Assembly: GCA_017616015.1 (NCBI GenBank)
Contig: JAFZYY010000018.1
Span: 125 to 64,124 of the forward strand
Origin: Alphaproteobacteria bacterium
GTDB taxonomy: Bacteria; Pseudomonadota; Alphaproteobacteria; CAAGCB01; CAG-977
Length of the DNA: 64,000 nucleotides
Reading direction: 5' to 3'
Below, one piece after another: positions 41,383-51,375 of the stretch. The translations under genes were made by a program, and so were the position numbers. Positions within the stretch are counted from its first letter, which is position 1, and each line of letters starts with the position of its first letter. Below the pieces are notes generated by a model. The model worked only from the letters and a program-made list of their open reading frames with translations. It did not search any database and was not told where the DNA came from.

Positions 41383-42390
41383 TTATTTCCACCGTTCCTT
41401 TTCGGCTTTCTTAACGCGTTGCCAGAAATCGGCGGGCTGGACGACTTCGACTTGTTTTCCCCACGTCGCCAGATGCCAAGCCATTTCCAACGTGCCACCT
41501 GCGCGGAATTTCACAGTCAGAGTGCCATCTTCGTTTTTGATCGTTTCCTGTCCGGGGTGGAAAATGAAGTTTTCCGCTTCGGGCGCGGCTTTCGCGGTGA
41601 ATTTCCATTCGACGTCGTACGGTTCTTCGCGGTACACACCGAAAGAATCTTTTACATACTCGTTCATATCGAAACCAATACCCTTGAAATCGCCTGTTGT
41701 TACGATGGCTGAGCGAATGTTCGACAAGAGGAATTGATGAATCTCGTTGCCGGCAAAACCGTCCCAGTGGCGCGCCAGCAGATACTGCGCTCGATCGCTG
41801 TATAAAATGCCATACGGTTCAACTGCGCCTTCACTGATTTTACCGCTTCTTTTATTGAAGTATTCGATATTGAGGACTTTCTTTTCCTGTATGGCCTGAC
41901 GGATCGTTTTAACGATTTCAGGGTCGATTTTTGTTCTTATTCCCGGACGGAAAACGTTTCCTTCCGAAAAATCAAAATTGTTTAATTCTTGCTCTTTATT
42001 TCCGAGAGCCCGAACAATCTGAGCGCGGAGTTTCGTCAGGCGATCGCTGTCCGTATCCCTGTTTTGTTGCTTCATCAGATTGGCAAGATTATTCAGAAGC
42101 AACAAATCTTCGTCATCTATTTCTAAGAATTGCGGAAGCTTTTGCCCGCCGAGAATTGTCCATTTTTTCTTTCCGCCCTCTGAGACTTCTTTCAAACCAT
42201 TGGCATACACTTCCTGAAAGCACCCGATTAAGCGATCCGCCGTCCGTTTTGAACATTTCATGATTTGGCAGATTTCGTCTTTTGTCAAAGCCCGACCGAA
42301 CATATTGACCGCCAAATCCAAAACTCTGGTAAAACGGGCGTAAGTTCCTTGTTCCGCCTTATCTCTTTTATCTTCTTTTTTTCTCATCAT
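41383..42390 (-). CDS. HTH-WYL-WCX transcriptional regulator (BrxR/CapW-like), copy 1
   Basis: N-terminal wHTH, WYL core (IEYFNKRSGKISEGAVEPYGILYSDRAQYLLA) and a C-terminus collinear with copy 2 (TLEMAWHLATWGKQVEVVQPADFWQRV). I set the start at MMRKK (42390/42387) behind AAGGAG. Confidence 0.8.
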   Translation of the reverse strand: MMRKKEDKRDKAEQGTYARFTRVLDLAVNMFGRALTKDEICQIMKCSKRTADRLIGCFQEVYANGLKEVSEGGKKKWTILGGQKLPQFLEIDDEDLLLLNNLANLMKQQNRDTDSDRLTKLRAQIVRALGNKEQELNNFDFSEGNVFRPGIRTKIDPEIVKTIRQAIQEKKVLNIEYFNKRSGKISEGAVEPYGILYSDRAQYLLARHWDGFAGNEIHQFLLSNIRSAIVTTGDFKGIGFDMNEYVKDSFGVYREEPYDVEWKFTAKAAPEAENFIFHPGQETIKNEDGTLTVKFRAGGTLEMAWHLATWGKQVEVVQPADFWQRVKKAEKERWK

Positions 42391-42462
42391 CGGCTCCTTT
42401 GGTTTTCGTCTATATGAACGGTTGTTGAAATATATCATACTCAATACCCTTTCAGACCGCAA

Positions 42463-43305
42463 TCAGGCTTTGTTCATCAGGAAACGAAGCGTTTCAATTT
42501 GGTGGTCTATTCTTCTGTCAATCATTTCCGAAGGCGGCTGTTTTTGCAATTCTCTGATCTGGTCAATGATAAAACCGAATAAAACTTCATATTTACCCGT
42601 CATTTTAGCCCCTTTATCAACCAGATAGAGGAAAATGTCCTTATCCTTATACAAAGCGTAATTCAAGGCCGAATAATCGCATTTGTCAGTTATGTTTACG
42701 TCACCGCCCAAGTCTTCAATCAACCAACGCAAAACAGAAAAAGAACCATACTCCGCCGCCAGAGGAATCAGCGCGTCGACCGGATCGTTTACATCAAAAA
42801 CAACCCCGTACCGTTGTGCCCATTTCATAAAGCCCAGATTTTTTGTGTGGACACAGGCACGCGCCAAAGAATGCCCCTGATCGTCGCAAACGGACAAATC
42901 CGCCTTGCCGTCTTCAACAAGTGTCAAAAACGACCGCCTGCATTCATGAAAGCAAGCCATCATCAACGGAGAAATCCTTTTGGGGAAAGTATCAAAATCC
43001 GTATTGATGTCGGCTTTTATGTTCCGTGCGGCACGGAGAAACGCTTTGAGTGTTTTCGCATGGTTCGTTAAAACAGCGTGATGAAAAGCGACCCTCCGTA
43101 ATTCCTGCGGCAAAGCGGCAAATCCGCTTTCGATCGCCCATGCTTCGCGATGGCAGACTTTTTCGAAAAATCGGGTTTTAAAATAAATCTCGAGATCGTC
43201 GAAAAAATAATCTTCCAGTTTTTTTTCCAGCATAAAACGATCCATGTTTACGCTTTCAGAAACTTCTGCATCGTCATCATCTGTTTGATTGAATAGGTCA
43301 AACAT
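42463..43305 (-). CDS. ankyrin-repeat protein with unrecognised N-domain 'Y' (copy 2)
   Basis: N-domain W.IESGFAALPQELRRVAFHHAVL is shared with 43328-44179, followed by ANK repeats (SPLMMAC..., GHSLARAC..., ...). Start at MFDLF (43305) by alignment with the paralogue. Confidence 0.7.
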   Translation of the reverse strand: MFDLFNQTDDDDAEVSESVNMDRFMLEKKLEDYFFDDLEIYFKTRFFEKVCHREAWAIESGFAALPQELRRVAFHHAVLTNHAKTLKAFLRAARNIKADINTDFDTFPKRISPLMMACFHECRRSFLTLVEDGKADLSVCDDQGHSLARACVHTKNLGFMKWAQRYGVVFDVNDPVDALIPLAAEYGSFSVLRWLIEDLGGDVNITDKCDYSALNYALYKDKDIFLYLVDKGAKMTGKYEVLFGFIIDQIRELQKQPPSEMIDRRIDHQIETLRFLMNKA

Positions 43306-43327
43306 CTTCAAAGCGTCCTTTCTGCCG

Positions 43328-44179
43328 TTAAACCTTTTTCGCAAAACCTTTCAGCTTTTGAATTTCGCGGTCGATTTCAAAGTTGATAATGTCGGACGGC
43401 TGTTGCGCCCGCAGCTCTTTAATCCGCTCGACTATCGGAACAAAAGCGGCTTCGGAAAAATCGGTCGGATACGCCCCTTTATCGATCAGGTACAGAATGT
43501 TTTCCCGTACCTCGAACATACAAGCGTAATACATCGCCGTATGACCTTCCGCATCAGCAACATTCACATTACCGCCCAAAACCTCAATCAGCCATTTCAG
43601 CACAGCTTTCGATCCTTCCGCCCCTGCTAAAGGCAGGACCGCGTCAACCGGATCGCTCAAGTCAAAATCGACACCATGTTTCCTTGCCCATTTCATAAAC
43701 GCTAAATTATGCGAAAACAGGCAGGCATACGCCAGACCGCGCCCGTGATTATCTTTGACGGACAAAGATGTGCCGCCTTTTTCAACCAACGTTAAAAAAG
43801 AATTTTTGCACTTGTTAAAGCACGCCCGCATCAGCGGCGGAACTCCGTATTCCGGATCGCAAAAGTCGGTATTGATGTCCGCCTTCGCATTTTTCGCCGC
43901 CGCGATAAAGGCTTCGACAATATCGGAATCATCGGTCAGAACGGCATGATGAAAAGCGACCGCACGCAATTCTTGCGGCAAAGCGGGAAATCCGCTTTCA
44001 ATGTCCCACACCATACGGCGGGCAACCCGTTCGCAAAAGTCCGTTTCCAGATAATCCTCTAATTCGCATGGAAAAAACGCCTCCAGTTCGTCTAACAACA
44101 TTTCGACTTCCTCGATCGCTTCCATCGGCGTGTTCATGTAATCCGCCTGTTCGTCCGTAACCGTGTTCATATCAATCAT
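43328..44179 (-). CDS. ankyrin-repeat protein with N-domain 'Y' (copy 1)
   Basis: WDIESGFPALPQELRAVAFHHAVL plus ANK repeats. GAGGAG RBS. Confidence 0.7.
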   Translation of the reverse strand: MIDMNTVTDEQADYMNTPMEAIEEVEMLLDELEAFFPCELEDYLETDFCERVARRMVWDIESGFPALPQELRAVAFHHAVLTDDSDIVEAFIAAAKNAKADINTDFCDPEYGVPPLMRACFNKCKNSFLTLVEKGGTSLSVKDNHGRGLAYACLFSHNLAFMKWARKHGVDFDLSDPVDAVLPLAGAEGSKAVLKWLIEVLGGNVNVADAEGHTAMYYACMFEVRENILYLIDKGAYPTDFSEAAFVPIVERIKELRAQQPSDIINFEIDREIQKLKGFAKKV

Positions 44180-44213
44180 GGCTTATTCTCCTCTTTTGAT
44201 GTTCAATAAAGGT

Positions 44214-44246
44214 ATTATAGTCTGTTAGTGCGTCAGAACCTGACGC
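44214..44246 (-). promoter_or_regulatory. island operator plus -10 (GCGTCAGGTTCTGACGC, 10 nt, TATAAT)
   Basis: Perfect 7+7 palindrome GCGTCAG-N3-CTGACGC at 44230-44246. TATAAT (minus strand) is at 44219-44214, about 35 nt before ATG 44179. Confidence 0.7.
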
Positions 44247-44249
44247 TTA

Positions 44250-46385
44250 CTAAAGCGACTTCAGGATGTTTTTCCAATCAAAGACATCTTTGTTTTTCAG
44301 AACGATGTCCCGCGCCGTTTCGCCGTTCGCGTTCGTCGCCGTTTTGTCCGCCCCGTGCTTCAAAAGCCAGCGGATCGCTTTGATGTTGAACGCCTCCGCC
44401 GCGACGACGATCGGCGGTTCGCCGTCATCGTTTTTCGCGTTGACGTCCGCACCGATGCTGAATAACAGATCAAGCCTTTTTCCGACATCGTCTTTGACTT
44501 CGCACGCCGAAGCGACGGGAGAGCCGGTAAAGTCCGTTTTGTCGTGTTTGAAAAGGAACTGCAAAGCGCGCAGATGCTTTGTCGCGAAATTGACGGGCGT
44601 CAGTCCTTTATTTGTTTTCGCGTCAAACTGTTCGCGGGAATGTTTCCAAACCAGCCGCATCGCGCCCATATCGCCCGCCTGACAATACCGCATCAACGCG
44701 TTGACACCGTTTTTATCGGGGTTCGGATCGACAATGGTGCGAAATTTTTCATCCTCCTCTTTTTGCTCTTTTTTCCTTTCATCAAAAGCGTCGATAAGAG
44801 AGCTGAGTTCTTTCAACGGCTTGATCAGAGCGTTCAGCTGGCGGACGTTCTTCGGATCGACGGGGGAATAAATTCGATGACGGCGAACTGTTTGCAGTTC
44901 TTCTATCCGTTTGGAAAAAATCTCCTGACGACCGACCAATCCTTCCGCCCATGAACAAAATTCATGTTCTTTTCTGTCGTAAAAATTCGGATAAATGATG
45001 TGCGTCATCGGACTTATACACGCCGACAGCAAGAATTTTTCCCGTTTCGGGTCGCACCACAGACCGTCCGCGTAAAGATTGATGTATTCCCCGAAATCAG
45101 GCCGTTCACCAAGCATATATATGCGCGGCAGTCTGATGCCGTAAATTGCGCCGTCCGCATTGATTTCCGTACGAAGCGCGATAAATTCGTCCAGATTGTG
45201 AAACAGATACCGGTAAAAGTTGTTGATCAGATCGTCTTTGCTCATAAACATTCCCCCGTTGTTTTTATAATTTTCAATTTTCTTCATCAGAGCGGGAATC
45301 TCCTCCCAATCAAAGACGTCTTTGTTTTTCAACACGATGTCCCGCACCGTTTCGCCATCTTTGTTTTCGAGGAAAACGTCCGCGCCGTTTTGAAGAACGC
45401 ATCGTATTGTTTCAAGGTCTTTGAATTTCGCCGCGACGATCAAAGGCGTGTCCCCGTCCTTGTCCCGCGCGTTGATGTCCGCCCCGTGTTTAACCAGCCA
45501 TTGAACCGCATCAACGTTGCCCCGCCGCGCGGCATAAACGATCGCGGGTTCCTCTTTCCAGCCTTTTATATTGATGTCCGCGCCGAGTTCAAACAACAGA
45601 TCAAGCCGTTCTTTAACGTCGTTCCCGCTCTTGCACGCGTTCAGGATAACGGGTGCGTCGGAAACGTTCGTTTTGCCGCAATCGCAAAGAAAGCGCAAAA
45701 TACTCAAATCGTTCGCGGCGGACAAAAGCAGGTCTTTGCTTTCCGCCTTCTCGAAAATCTGCGGGAAGTTGTTCAGGACGTATCTCACCCTGTCCAACTC
45801 TCCTTCCCAACAATTATGCGACAGCGTTTCTATGCCTTTTTTGATGTTCTTTTCGGTGATTTGACCGTTTATCGGACGGGCAAAGCCAAGACATTTAAAG
45901 TCGTTCCCCGCATGGTGCGTGTATTCTTTCAGCGGGCGAAACAACTCCGTCAGCCTGTTTTGTGTTTCAAGGGGGATTTTTTTCTTTCCCGCCTGCGGTT
46001 TGTATTGAGCAACACGACGCGCCTGCTCGAACAGCGTTTCTGAATCGGGAAAACCGCGGGGATGTATGTCAAATTCTTTTTCCTCGTTGTCCCAACAATA
46101 CACTTTAACGGCCATGCTTCCGGGCGGCGGGAATTGCAACATCTTATACAGAAAGACGTTCTTTTTCCGATCGCACCACTGACCGTTGGCGTAAAGCGTG
46201 ATCAGATCACCGAAACGAAGTTCGAATTGCTCTTTTCCTAAAATACTCGTTATCCCGCCGCCGTCATGCGAATAAATTTCAGGGGTCGCGTCGATAGCGT
46301 CCTTCAACGCGATGAATTCGTCGATATGGTCGAAAAGGTAAGCGTAGTATTCGCGATAATATTCCTTAAAATCAACAGAAAACAT
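44250..46385 (-). CDS. tandem fusion of two 'X-domain + ankyrin repeat' modules
   Basis: Residues 1-375 and 376-711 are paralogous to each other and to 50079-51326 (FDH..EFIAL, YA.G.WCD, ANK repeats, both ending RDIVLKNKDVFDW). Strong RBS GGGAGGA. Confidence 0.75.
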   Translation of the reverse strand: MFSVDFKEYYREYYAYLFDHIDEFIALKDAIDATPEIYSHDGGGITSILGKEQFELRFGDLITLYANGQWCDRKKNVFLYKMLQFPPPGSMAVKVYCWDNEEKEFDIHPRGFPDSETLFEQARRVAQYKPQAGKKKIPLETQNRLTELFRPLKEYTHHAGNDFKCLGFARPINGQITEKNIKKGIETLSHNCWEGELDRVRYVLNNFPQIFEKAESKDLLLSAANDLSILRFLCDCGKTNVSDAPVILNACKSGNDVKERLDLLFELGADINIKGWKEEPAIVYAARRGNVDAVQWLVKHGADINARDKDGDTPLIVAAKFKDLETIRCVLQNGADVFLENKDGETVRDIVLKNKDVFDWEEIPALMKKIENYKNNGGMFMSKDDLINNFYRYLFHNLDEFIALRTEINADGAIYGIRLPRIYMLGERPDFGEYINLYADGLWCDPKREKFLLSACISPMTHIIYPNFYDRKEHEFCSWAEGLVGRQEIFSKRIEELQTVRRHRIYSPVDPKNVRQLNALIKPLKELSSLIDAFDERKKEQKEEDEKFRTIVDPNPDKNGVNALMRYCQAGDMGAMRLVWKHSREQFDAKTNKGLTPVNFATKHLRALQFLFKHDKTDFTGSPVASACEVKDDVGKRLDLLFSIGADVNAKNDDGEPPIVVAAEAFNIKAIRWLLKHGADKTATNANGETARDIVLKNKDVFDWKNILKSL

Positions 46386-46452
46386 TAAAATCCTCCCTTT
46401 AGTTGATGATTAACGTGCGCAACAAGCAGAGCCAAATCCGCACGATTCGTGT

Positions 46453-47727
46453 TTAATATACAGCAGGGGTGCGACGAAATCTGACGTATCTGTAAGAGGG
46501 TCGCTTATAAACTTGATGTGGGAACCTTCTTTTTTCCTTTGCGACGAACAGATCGCCGAAATCTTCCAAAAACGGCAGATAATCCTTTTCACAAATGCAC
46601 GCGGGATCGACACCGAAAAGTTCCGCCAGTTTTTTGCTTAAATAAGAACAGTATTCCTCTACGGTTTCTTTCGGATGATTGATCCGAAGCAAAACGTCGG
46701 ACCCGACAGTCTGTTTCGAGGGAAACAAACACTCGGTTAAAAAACGGCACAACGCCCTGATTTGATCGGTTGGAATCATCGAGGGATTCACCTTTATTTG
46801 CGGTAAAAGAAAAAAATCGTTTGCCCGACGGGACAAAGACAAGAATTCTCCGACGGGTCTTGTTTCCAATACCGAAACAAATTCCGATTTTTCATCGCTC
46901 AATTCGTCTTGTTTGTCTTTCATCAGCCGTTCGAATATCCGAAGCGCTTTTTCTTTCGGATATTTCGTCTGAAAATACAAATCGTTGAGCGTATGAACCA
47001 AACCGGAAAAATCCGTTTTTTCCAATCGAAAAGATGAGAAAACAGGAAATCGCAAAACCCTCAAACACGATTTTCCTTTTATAAAACGGAACACGTTTTT
47101 ATCAAGGAATTCCAGTCGCCGGCAAACTTTTTCTATGGCATCCCTGTTGTAATACGAATATGAACCGCTCCATTTTCCGTTATCGTTTTTGACAAACCAA
47201 ACGTTATTTTCCGCCGAGTCGTCTTCCTCTTCAATCAAATAACGGTTCTCCAGAAAACCGCATTTTTCCAAAATCGGGATCACTTTTTCGCCGAATTCCT
47301 GCGACGTTACCGTACTGCCTTTCCAATGTACCATAATCAGTCCGGCTTTACGGGCTTCTTTCTGAAAGACATCATCATGATCTCTTTTGGTCAAAGCATG
47401 AATGATTTCGTGCACGATTGTGTTTGCCAAATCTATTCCGTCATATTTCCGTCGCCAGTCTATCAGAATTTGATTATCTTCCAGATCACATTCCCCAAGA
47501 CGAAAACTCAAATTTGAAAAATCGATACTGAACATCATTTTTTTATCAGGGAAAAAGGTTTCGACAAGCCCCGACACCAGCGTTTTGAACCACGGTGTTT
47601 TTGTTGTTTGGAAAATGATTGTGCTTTTGGCGACAGTAAGCTTTTCCACTTTTTTAGGTTTGGGAAGTTTCCTCCACTTTAACGAATGCAGATTGTTCAA
47701 GGTGATATTTTCCGCTTTTTTCGTCAT
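46453..47727 (-). CDS. SprT/SPRTN-type zinc-metalloprotease-motif protein, 'S' copy 1
   Basis: HEIIHALTKRDHDDVF fits HExxH-x(n)-H..F of SprT-like proteases. The N-terminus LTVAKSTIIFQTTKTPWFKTLVSGLVETFFPDK is shared with 48800-50062. Confidence 0.6.
   Translation of the reverse strand: MTKKAENITLNNLHSLKWRKLPKPKKVEKLTVAKSTIIFQTTKTPWFKTLVSGLVETFFPDKKMMFSIDFSNLSFRLGECDLEDNQILIDWRRKYDGIDLANTIVHEIIHALTKRDHDDVFQKEARKAGLIMVHWKGSTVTSQEFGEKVIPILEKCGFLENRYLIEEEDDSAENNVWFVKNDNGKWSGSYSYYNRDAIEKVCRRLEFLDKNVFRFIKGKSCLRVLRFPVFSSFRLEKTDFSGLVHTLNDLYFQTKYPKEKALRIFERLMKDKQDELSDEKSEFVSVLETRPVGEFLSLSRRANDFFLLPQIKVNPSMIPTDQIRALCRFLTECLFPSKQTVGSDVLLRINHPKETVEEYCSYLSKKLAELFGVDPACICEKDYLPFLEDFGDLFVAKEKRRFPHQVYKRPSYRYVRFRRTPAVY
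46455..46487 (-). promoter_or_regulatory. degenerate operator copy plus -10 (ACGTCAGATTTCGTCGC, 10 nt, TATATT) inside the 3' end of the upstream CDS
   Basis: The left half-site is perfect and the right half is CGTCGC. The 10-nt offset to TATATT is kept. It lies about 70 nt upstream of ATG 46385. Confidence 0.35.
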
Positions 47728-47767
47728 AAGAAGTTCCTTTCAAAAATATGTTTTGATTGTAAGAACC

Positions 47768-47800
47768 ATTAAACCATACGGAAGCGTCAAAAGCTGACGC
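47768..47800 (-). promoter_or_regulatory. island operator plus -10 (GCGTCAGCTTTTGACGC, 10 nt, TTTAAT)
   Basis: The motif at 47784-47800 fills the gap between stop 47802 and ATG 47727. Confidence 0.65.
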
Positions 47801-47801
47801 T

Positions 47802-48773
47802 TCATTCGACCGGCATACTGAAAATCCCGTCAAATTCAGGAATGACATTCCCCTGCCAGAAAACACGGGTGATACCGTTTTCATCCCGCAAATCCAGTCT
47901 TTTTTCCCGTGCGGCTTCAAGGTTTTTCAATGATGAAAAAGCGTGATCCTTTGCACCGTGTTCGGGCAGAGTTTTTGAAAAATCCGGCGCGTATTTTTTT
48001 TCAATCATCCGCACCCAAACAGCATATTTTCCTTCATTGAAATAAATCCGCCGCAACGGAGCGATCAGGTGTTCGCGATCAGGAAAACGTGTGGCGATCA
48101 TGTGTCGGAAAAAACATAGTGCGAAACGCTCGAATCTTTCAGAACAATGTGAATGAAGCGCAAGCTTTTTTTGTTTCAAATCGAACTCCGGCAGGAGCTC
48201 CGTTTGATTAAACCTGAAATCCCGAACGACCGCCTGCCAAAACGTGTTCAAGCCGGAACCGACAGTCCCGTCCGCAAAATCCCGTATCCAATCATCGAAC
48301 TCCGCATCGCTTCCGCCCCAATACGGTTTGACGAAGTTTCTGAAATCCTTTCCCCATTCTTTCAGGATATGCGCGTTTCTTTTCTTCAAACGTTCCTCGT
48401 AAAACGACGTGTCCAACGTTGTCGGTTTTGTCAGATATTTATCCCTTGCGGCGTTAAAGGCGTGTTTGTCGGGATAAAAGACCTTTTCGATTTCGTCTTT
48501 CTGATTGCAAAAGGCGATCCAGTATTCCGGCTCGTTCACCCGCACAGGCCCGATAAAGCGTTTAATCCTGTATCCTTTGAACGGCAGATGGGAAAACACG
48601 ATCCTGCGTCCGTGCGATAAATGCGTCAAATCGGCAAGACCGCCCGTCGCTCCGGTCGTCCGTAATAAAACATGATCCGCCAAACCAAACAAATCGTCGC
48701 CGACATAACGCACAAATGCGGGACATTGTTCTTTCAGCCATTGATGTATTTCTTCCTTCGTATTCAGAATCAT
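47802..48773 (-). CDS. hypothetical protein (323 aa), singleton in the array
   Basis: No motif recognised. I moved the start to MILNTKE (48773) behind AAGAGG, which removes a 61-nt overlap. Confidence 0.5.
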   Translation of the reverse strand: MILNTKEEIHQWLKEQCPAFVRYVGDDLFGLADHVLLRTTGATGGLADLTHLSHGRRIVFSHLPFKGYRIKRFIGPVRVNEPEYWIAFCNQKDEIEKVFYPDKHAFNAARDKYLTKPTTLDTSFYEERLKKRNAHILKEWGKDFRNFVKPYWGGSDAEFDDWIRDFADGTVGSGLNTFWQAVVRDFRFNQTELLPEFDLKQKKLALHSHCSERFERFALCFFRHMIATRFPDREHLIAPLRRIYFNEGKYAVWVRMIEKKYAPDFSKTLPEHGAKDHAFSSLKNLEAAREKRLDLRDENGITRVFWQGNVIPEFDGIFSMPVE

Positions 48774-48799
48774 CTTTTGCCTCTTAAAGTTTTTTCCGT

Positions 48800-50062
48800 T
48801 CAACACCAGTCGGGAAAATACTTCCGTATCACCCGCAGTTTTTCGGGAAAACTTTTCCAACGCCAGTCGGACTTTACATCGGCGTATCCTTCATCGGCGT
48901 CCGATATGAAAAATTGTTCGCTTCTTGCGTTTCTTTCCGTTTCCAATTCGGCTTGCCTGATCGGTTCTTTGCCGTTTTTCGTTTTCCGCTCGATCAGGCC
49001 GATCAGCTTTTTCAGCGTTTCCAGATCCGATGCGGCCGCCGCCTGAAAAGAAGCGTTTAGCGCTCCACGTAAAGCGACGACCGTTTCCAGCGGCAATGCC
49101 GGTTGCTCTTTTTCAGCGGATGACCGCCGATTTTTAAAAAAGTCCGAAACACGCGGATAATAAGCGGAAAGCAGGTCGCCGAAAAGGTCCGTGTTCGAAC
49201 AAAGTGCGGAAACCTTAAAGAACGGATGTTTCGTCCTCTTTTTTGAAGGAAACGCCGTTTCCAGCGCCGCGATCCTTTGAACGATGTTTTGTTGCGCGGC
49301 GGCTTTTCCCGTGTCGTTCGTTTCGGGCAGGGAAATCCAATCGCCTTCCGTGTTTTTCAGCAGACAAAACTTTTTTCCTTCGTTCAATTTTTCAAGATCG
49401 ATCTTCCGAATGTTTTTAAAAACGGAGGCTTCCCAATCACGGTATTCTATCGGAAATATTTTCTTATCGATTTGTTCCGAAATTTCCAGATCAACGGCAA
49501 GCCGGAGAGCCTTTTGCCTGATTTGCACTTTTTCGGAATTACCTGTCGAATATTCGGGATAGGCGAGCCATTCCCCTCTTTTCTTCCTTATTAGGAAAAA
49601 GACGTCCGAAATATTCTTTGTCCTGTCGGGAAAAATATTCGGGTATTCCTTTTCCAGTCTTTTCAAAACAGGGGATATTTTTTCGGCGAAATCCCGTGTC
49701 GGTTGAGTAAAACCGTTTTTATAAAGCATTATTAAGCCGGCTTTTGCCGCTTCTTTCTGAAAATCCGCCCCATGTAAACCTTTGGCAAAGACGTGAATAA
49801 TTTCATGCGCGATGACTTCCGCCGTTTCTATCCCGTCCATGTGATACCAGCTGTTTATAAAAATACGACTGGGGGCTTCAAACCAAAAACAAGTACCATA
49901 AGCGCCATTTTTTCTTTTTTTAATCTCGATGCTGAACGTCAGTTCTTTATCGGGGAAAAAAGTTTCGACAACGCCCGACACCAGCGTTTTGAACCATTCG
50001 TCCGTCGTTTTGAAAAAGATCGTGCTTTTAGCGACGGTCAACATTTCTTCTTTCTGCGTCAT
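48800..50062 (-). CDS. SprT/SPRTN-type zinc-metalloprotease-motif protein, 'S' copy 2
   Basis: HEIIHVFAKGLHGADFQKEA matches SPRTN-style HEMIH...GHGPEF. The N-terminus is paralogous to 46453-47727. Confidence 0.6.
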   Translation of the reverse strand: MTQKEEMLTVAKSTIFFKTTDEWFKTLVSGVVETFFPDKELTFSIEIKKRKNGAYGTCFWFEAPSRIFINSWYHMDGIETAEVIAHEIIHVFAKGLHGADFQKEAAKAGLIMLYKNGFTQPTRDFAEKISPVLKRLEKEYPNIFPDRTKNISDVFFLIRKKRGEWLAYPEYSTGNSEKVQIRQKALRLAVDLEISEQIDKKIFPIEYRDWEASVFKNIRKIDLEKLNEGKKFCLLKNTEGDWISLPETNDTGKAAAQQNIVQRIAALETAFPSKKRTKHPFFKVSALCSNTDLFGDLLSAYYPRVSDFFKNRRSSAEKEQPALPLETVVALRGALNASFQAAAASDLETLKKLIGLIERKTKNGKEPIRQAELETERNARSEQFFISDADEGYADVKSDWRWKSFPEKLRVIRKYFPDWC

Positions 50063-50078
50063 TTGTTTTTCCTTTCGG

Positions 50079-51326
50079 TTACAGGTGTTCCGTTTGACCG
50101 TTTTCCCGCATCGCGTTTGTCAGGAACTTCGGGATTTTTCCCCAACGGAAATCTTTCTTTTCTTTCAAAACAATGTCGCACACCGTTTTACCGTCGTTGT
50201 TTTTAATGAAAATGTCCGTCCCTTTTTTCAGGAGTTCCCACATCGCCTCGATGTTCCGGGATTTTGCCGCGATGATCAAAGGCGTGTCCCCTTCGTTATT
50301 TTGCGCGTTCATATCCGCGCCTTTTTCCAAAAGGAAACGTATGATCGGGTGTTTTCCCGACTTCGCCGCGGCGATCAAAGGCGTGTTTCCGTCTTTGTCC
50401 CGCGAATTGATGTCCGCGCCATGGGCAAGAAACCATTTGATCGCGTTAATGTTTTCAAACTGTGCGGCATAGACGACCGGCAACGTTCCGTTCGCCGTCG
50501 TTTCGTTGACATCGGCCCCCAACCTCAAAAGAAAATCCAGACAGTCTTTGTTCGAACAGGACGTTTCGCACGCCGAAGCATACGGGGAATCGGTCAGCGT
50601 TTTTTTGCCGATGTTGACAAGGTAATATAAAACGAACAAATGTTCGGCGGCGGCGATCAGCAGATCCCCACTTTCGAACCTGTCGAAAATCTGCGGCACG
50701 TTCTGCCGGATATACTTTACCTGAGAAAGATACCCTTCCAGACACCCTTCCAGCAGTTTTTTCATTCCGATTTTAATGTCGTCTTCGCTGATCCGACCGT
50801 CAAGCGGACGGACAAAACCCAAATTTTCGTAGTCCCTTCCGGCATATCCGATGATTTTATCCAACGGTTCCGACAACGTTTTCAGCGCAAGGCGCGTTTC
50901 GCAGGGAACGACGGATTTTTTCCGCATCCGATCCTCCCTGCCGTCAATGACCCTCTTCGCCTGTTCGCACAATGTCGCAGTATCGGGAAAACCGCGCGGG
51001 TTCGTTTCGTATTTCCTCTCTTTCCTGTTCCAGGCGTAATGACGCACGCCGTGCTGACCCGCCATGATTTTAAACAGAAAGACGTTCTTTTCCCGATCAC
51101 ACCATTGACCGTTCGCGTAAAGCTCAACCAAGTCCCCGAAATCAAGATAGACTTTTTCGGGATGCCCCTTTCGCGGGAAAAGACACAATCCGCCGCCGTC
51201 CCTCATATAGATTTTCGGGGAAGCGTAGAAAGCCTCTCTTAAAGCGATAAACTCCTCCGCATGATCGAAAAAGTAAGCGAAATATTCGCGAAAATACGTT
51301 TTGAACTCAATTTCTTCACCAAACAT
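50079..51326 (-). CDS. 'X-domain + ankyrin repeat' protein
   Basis: MFGEEIEFKTYFREYFAYFFDHAEEFIAL...YANGQWCDREKNVFLFK followed by canonical ANK repeats (GNTPLIAAAKSG...LLEKGADMNAQNNEGDTPLIIAA). Start at ATG 51326 behind GGAGGA, by alignment with 44250-46385. Confidence 0.75.
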   Translation of the reverse strand: MFGEEIEFKTYFREYFAYFFDHAEEFIALREAFYASPKIYMRDGGGLCLFPRKGHPEKVYLDFGDLVELYANGQWCDREKNVFLFKIMAGQHGVRHYAWNRKERKYETNPRGFPDTATLCEQAKRVIDGREDRMRKKSVVPCETRLALKTLSEPLDKIIGYAGRDYENLGFVRPLDGRISEDDIKIGMKKLLEGCLEGYLSQVKYIRQNVPQIFDRFESGDLLIAAAEHLFVLYYLVNIGKKTLTDSPYASACETSCSNKDCLDFLLRLGADVNETTANGTLPVVYAAQFENINAIKWFLAHGADINSRDKDGNTPLIAAAKSGKHPIIRFLLEKGADMNAQNNEGDTPLIIAAKSRNIEAMWELLKKGTDIFIKNNDGKTVCDIVLKEKKDFRWGKIPKFLTNAMRENGQTEHL

Positions 51327-51375
51327 ATCAAATCCTCCGCCGTTAATCAGAGCCGAATCCGAACAAGTTGAGTCC

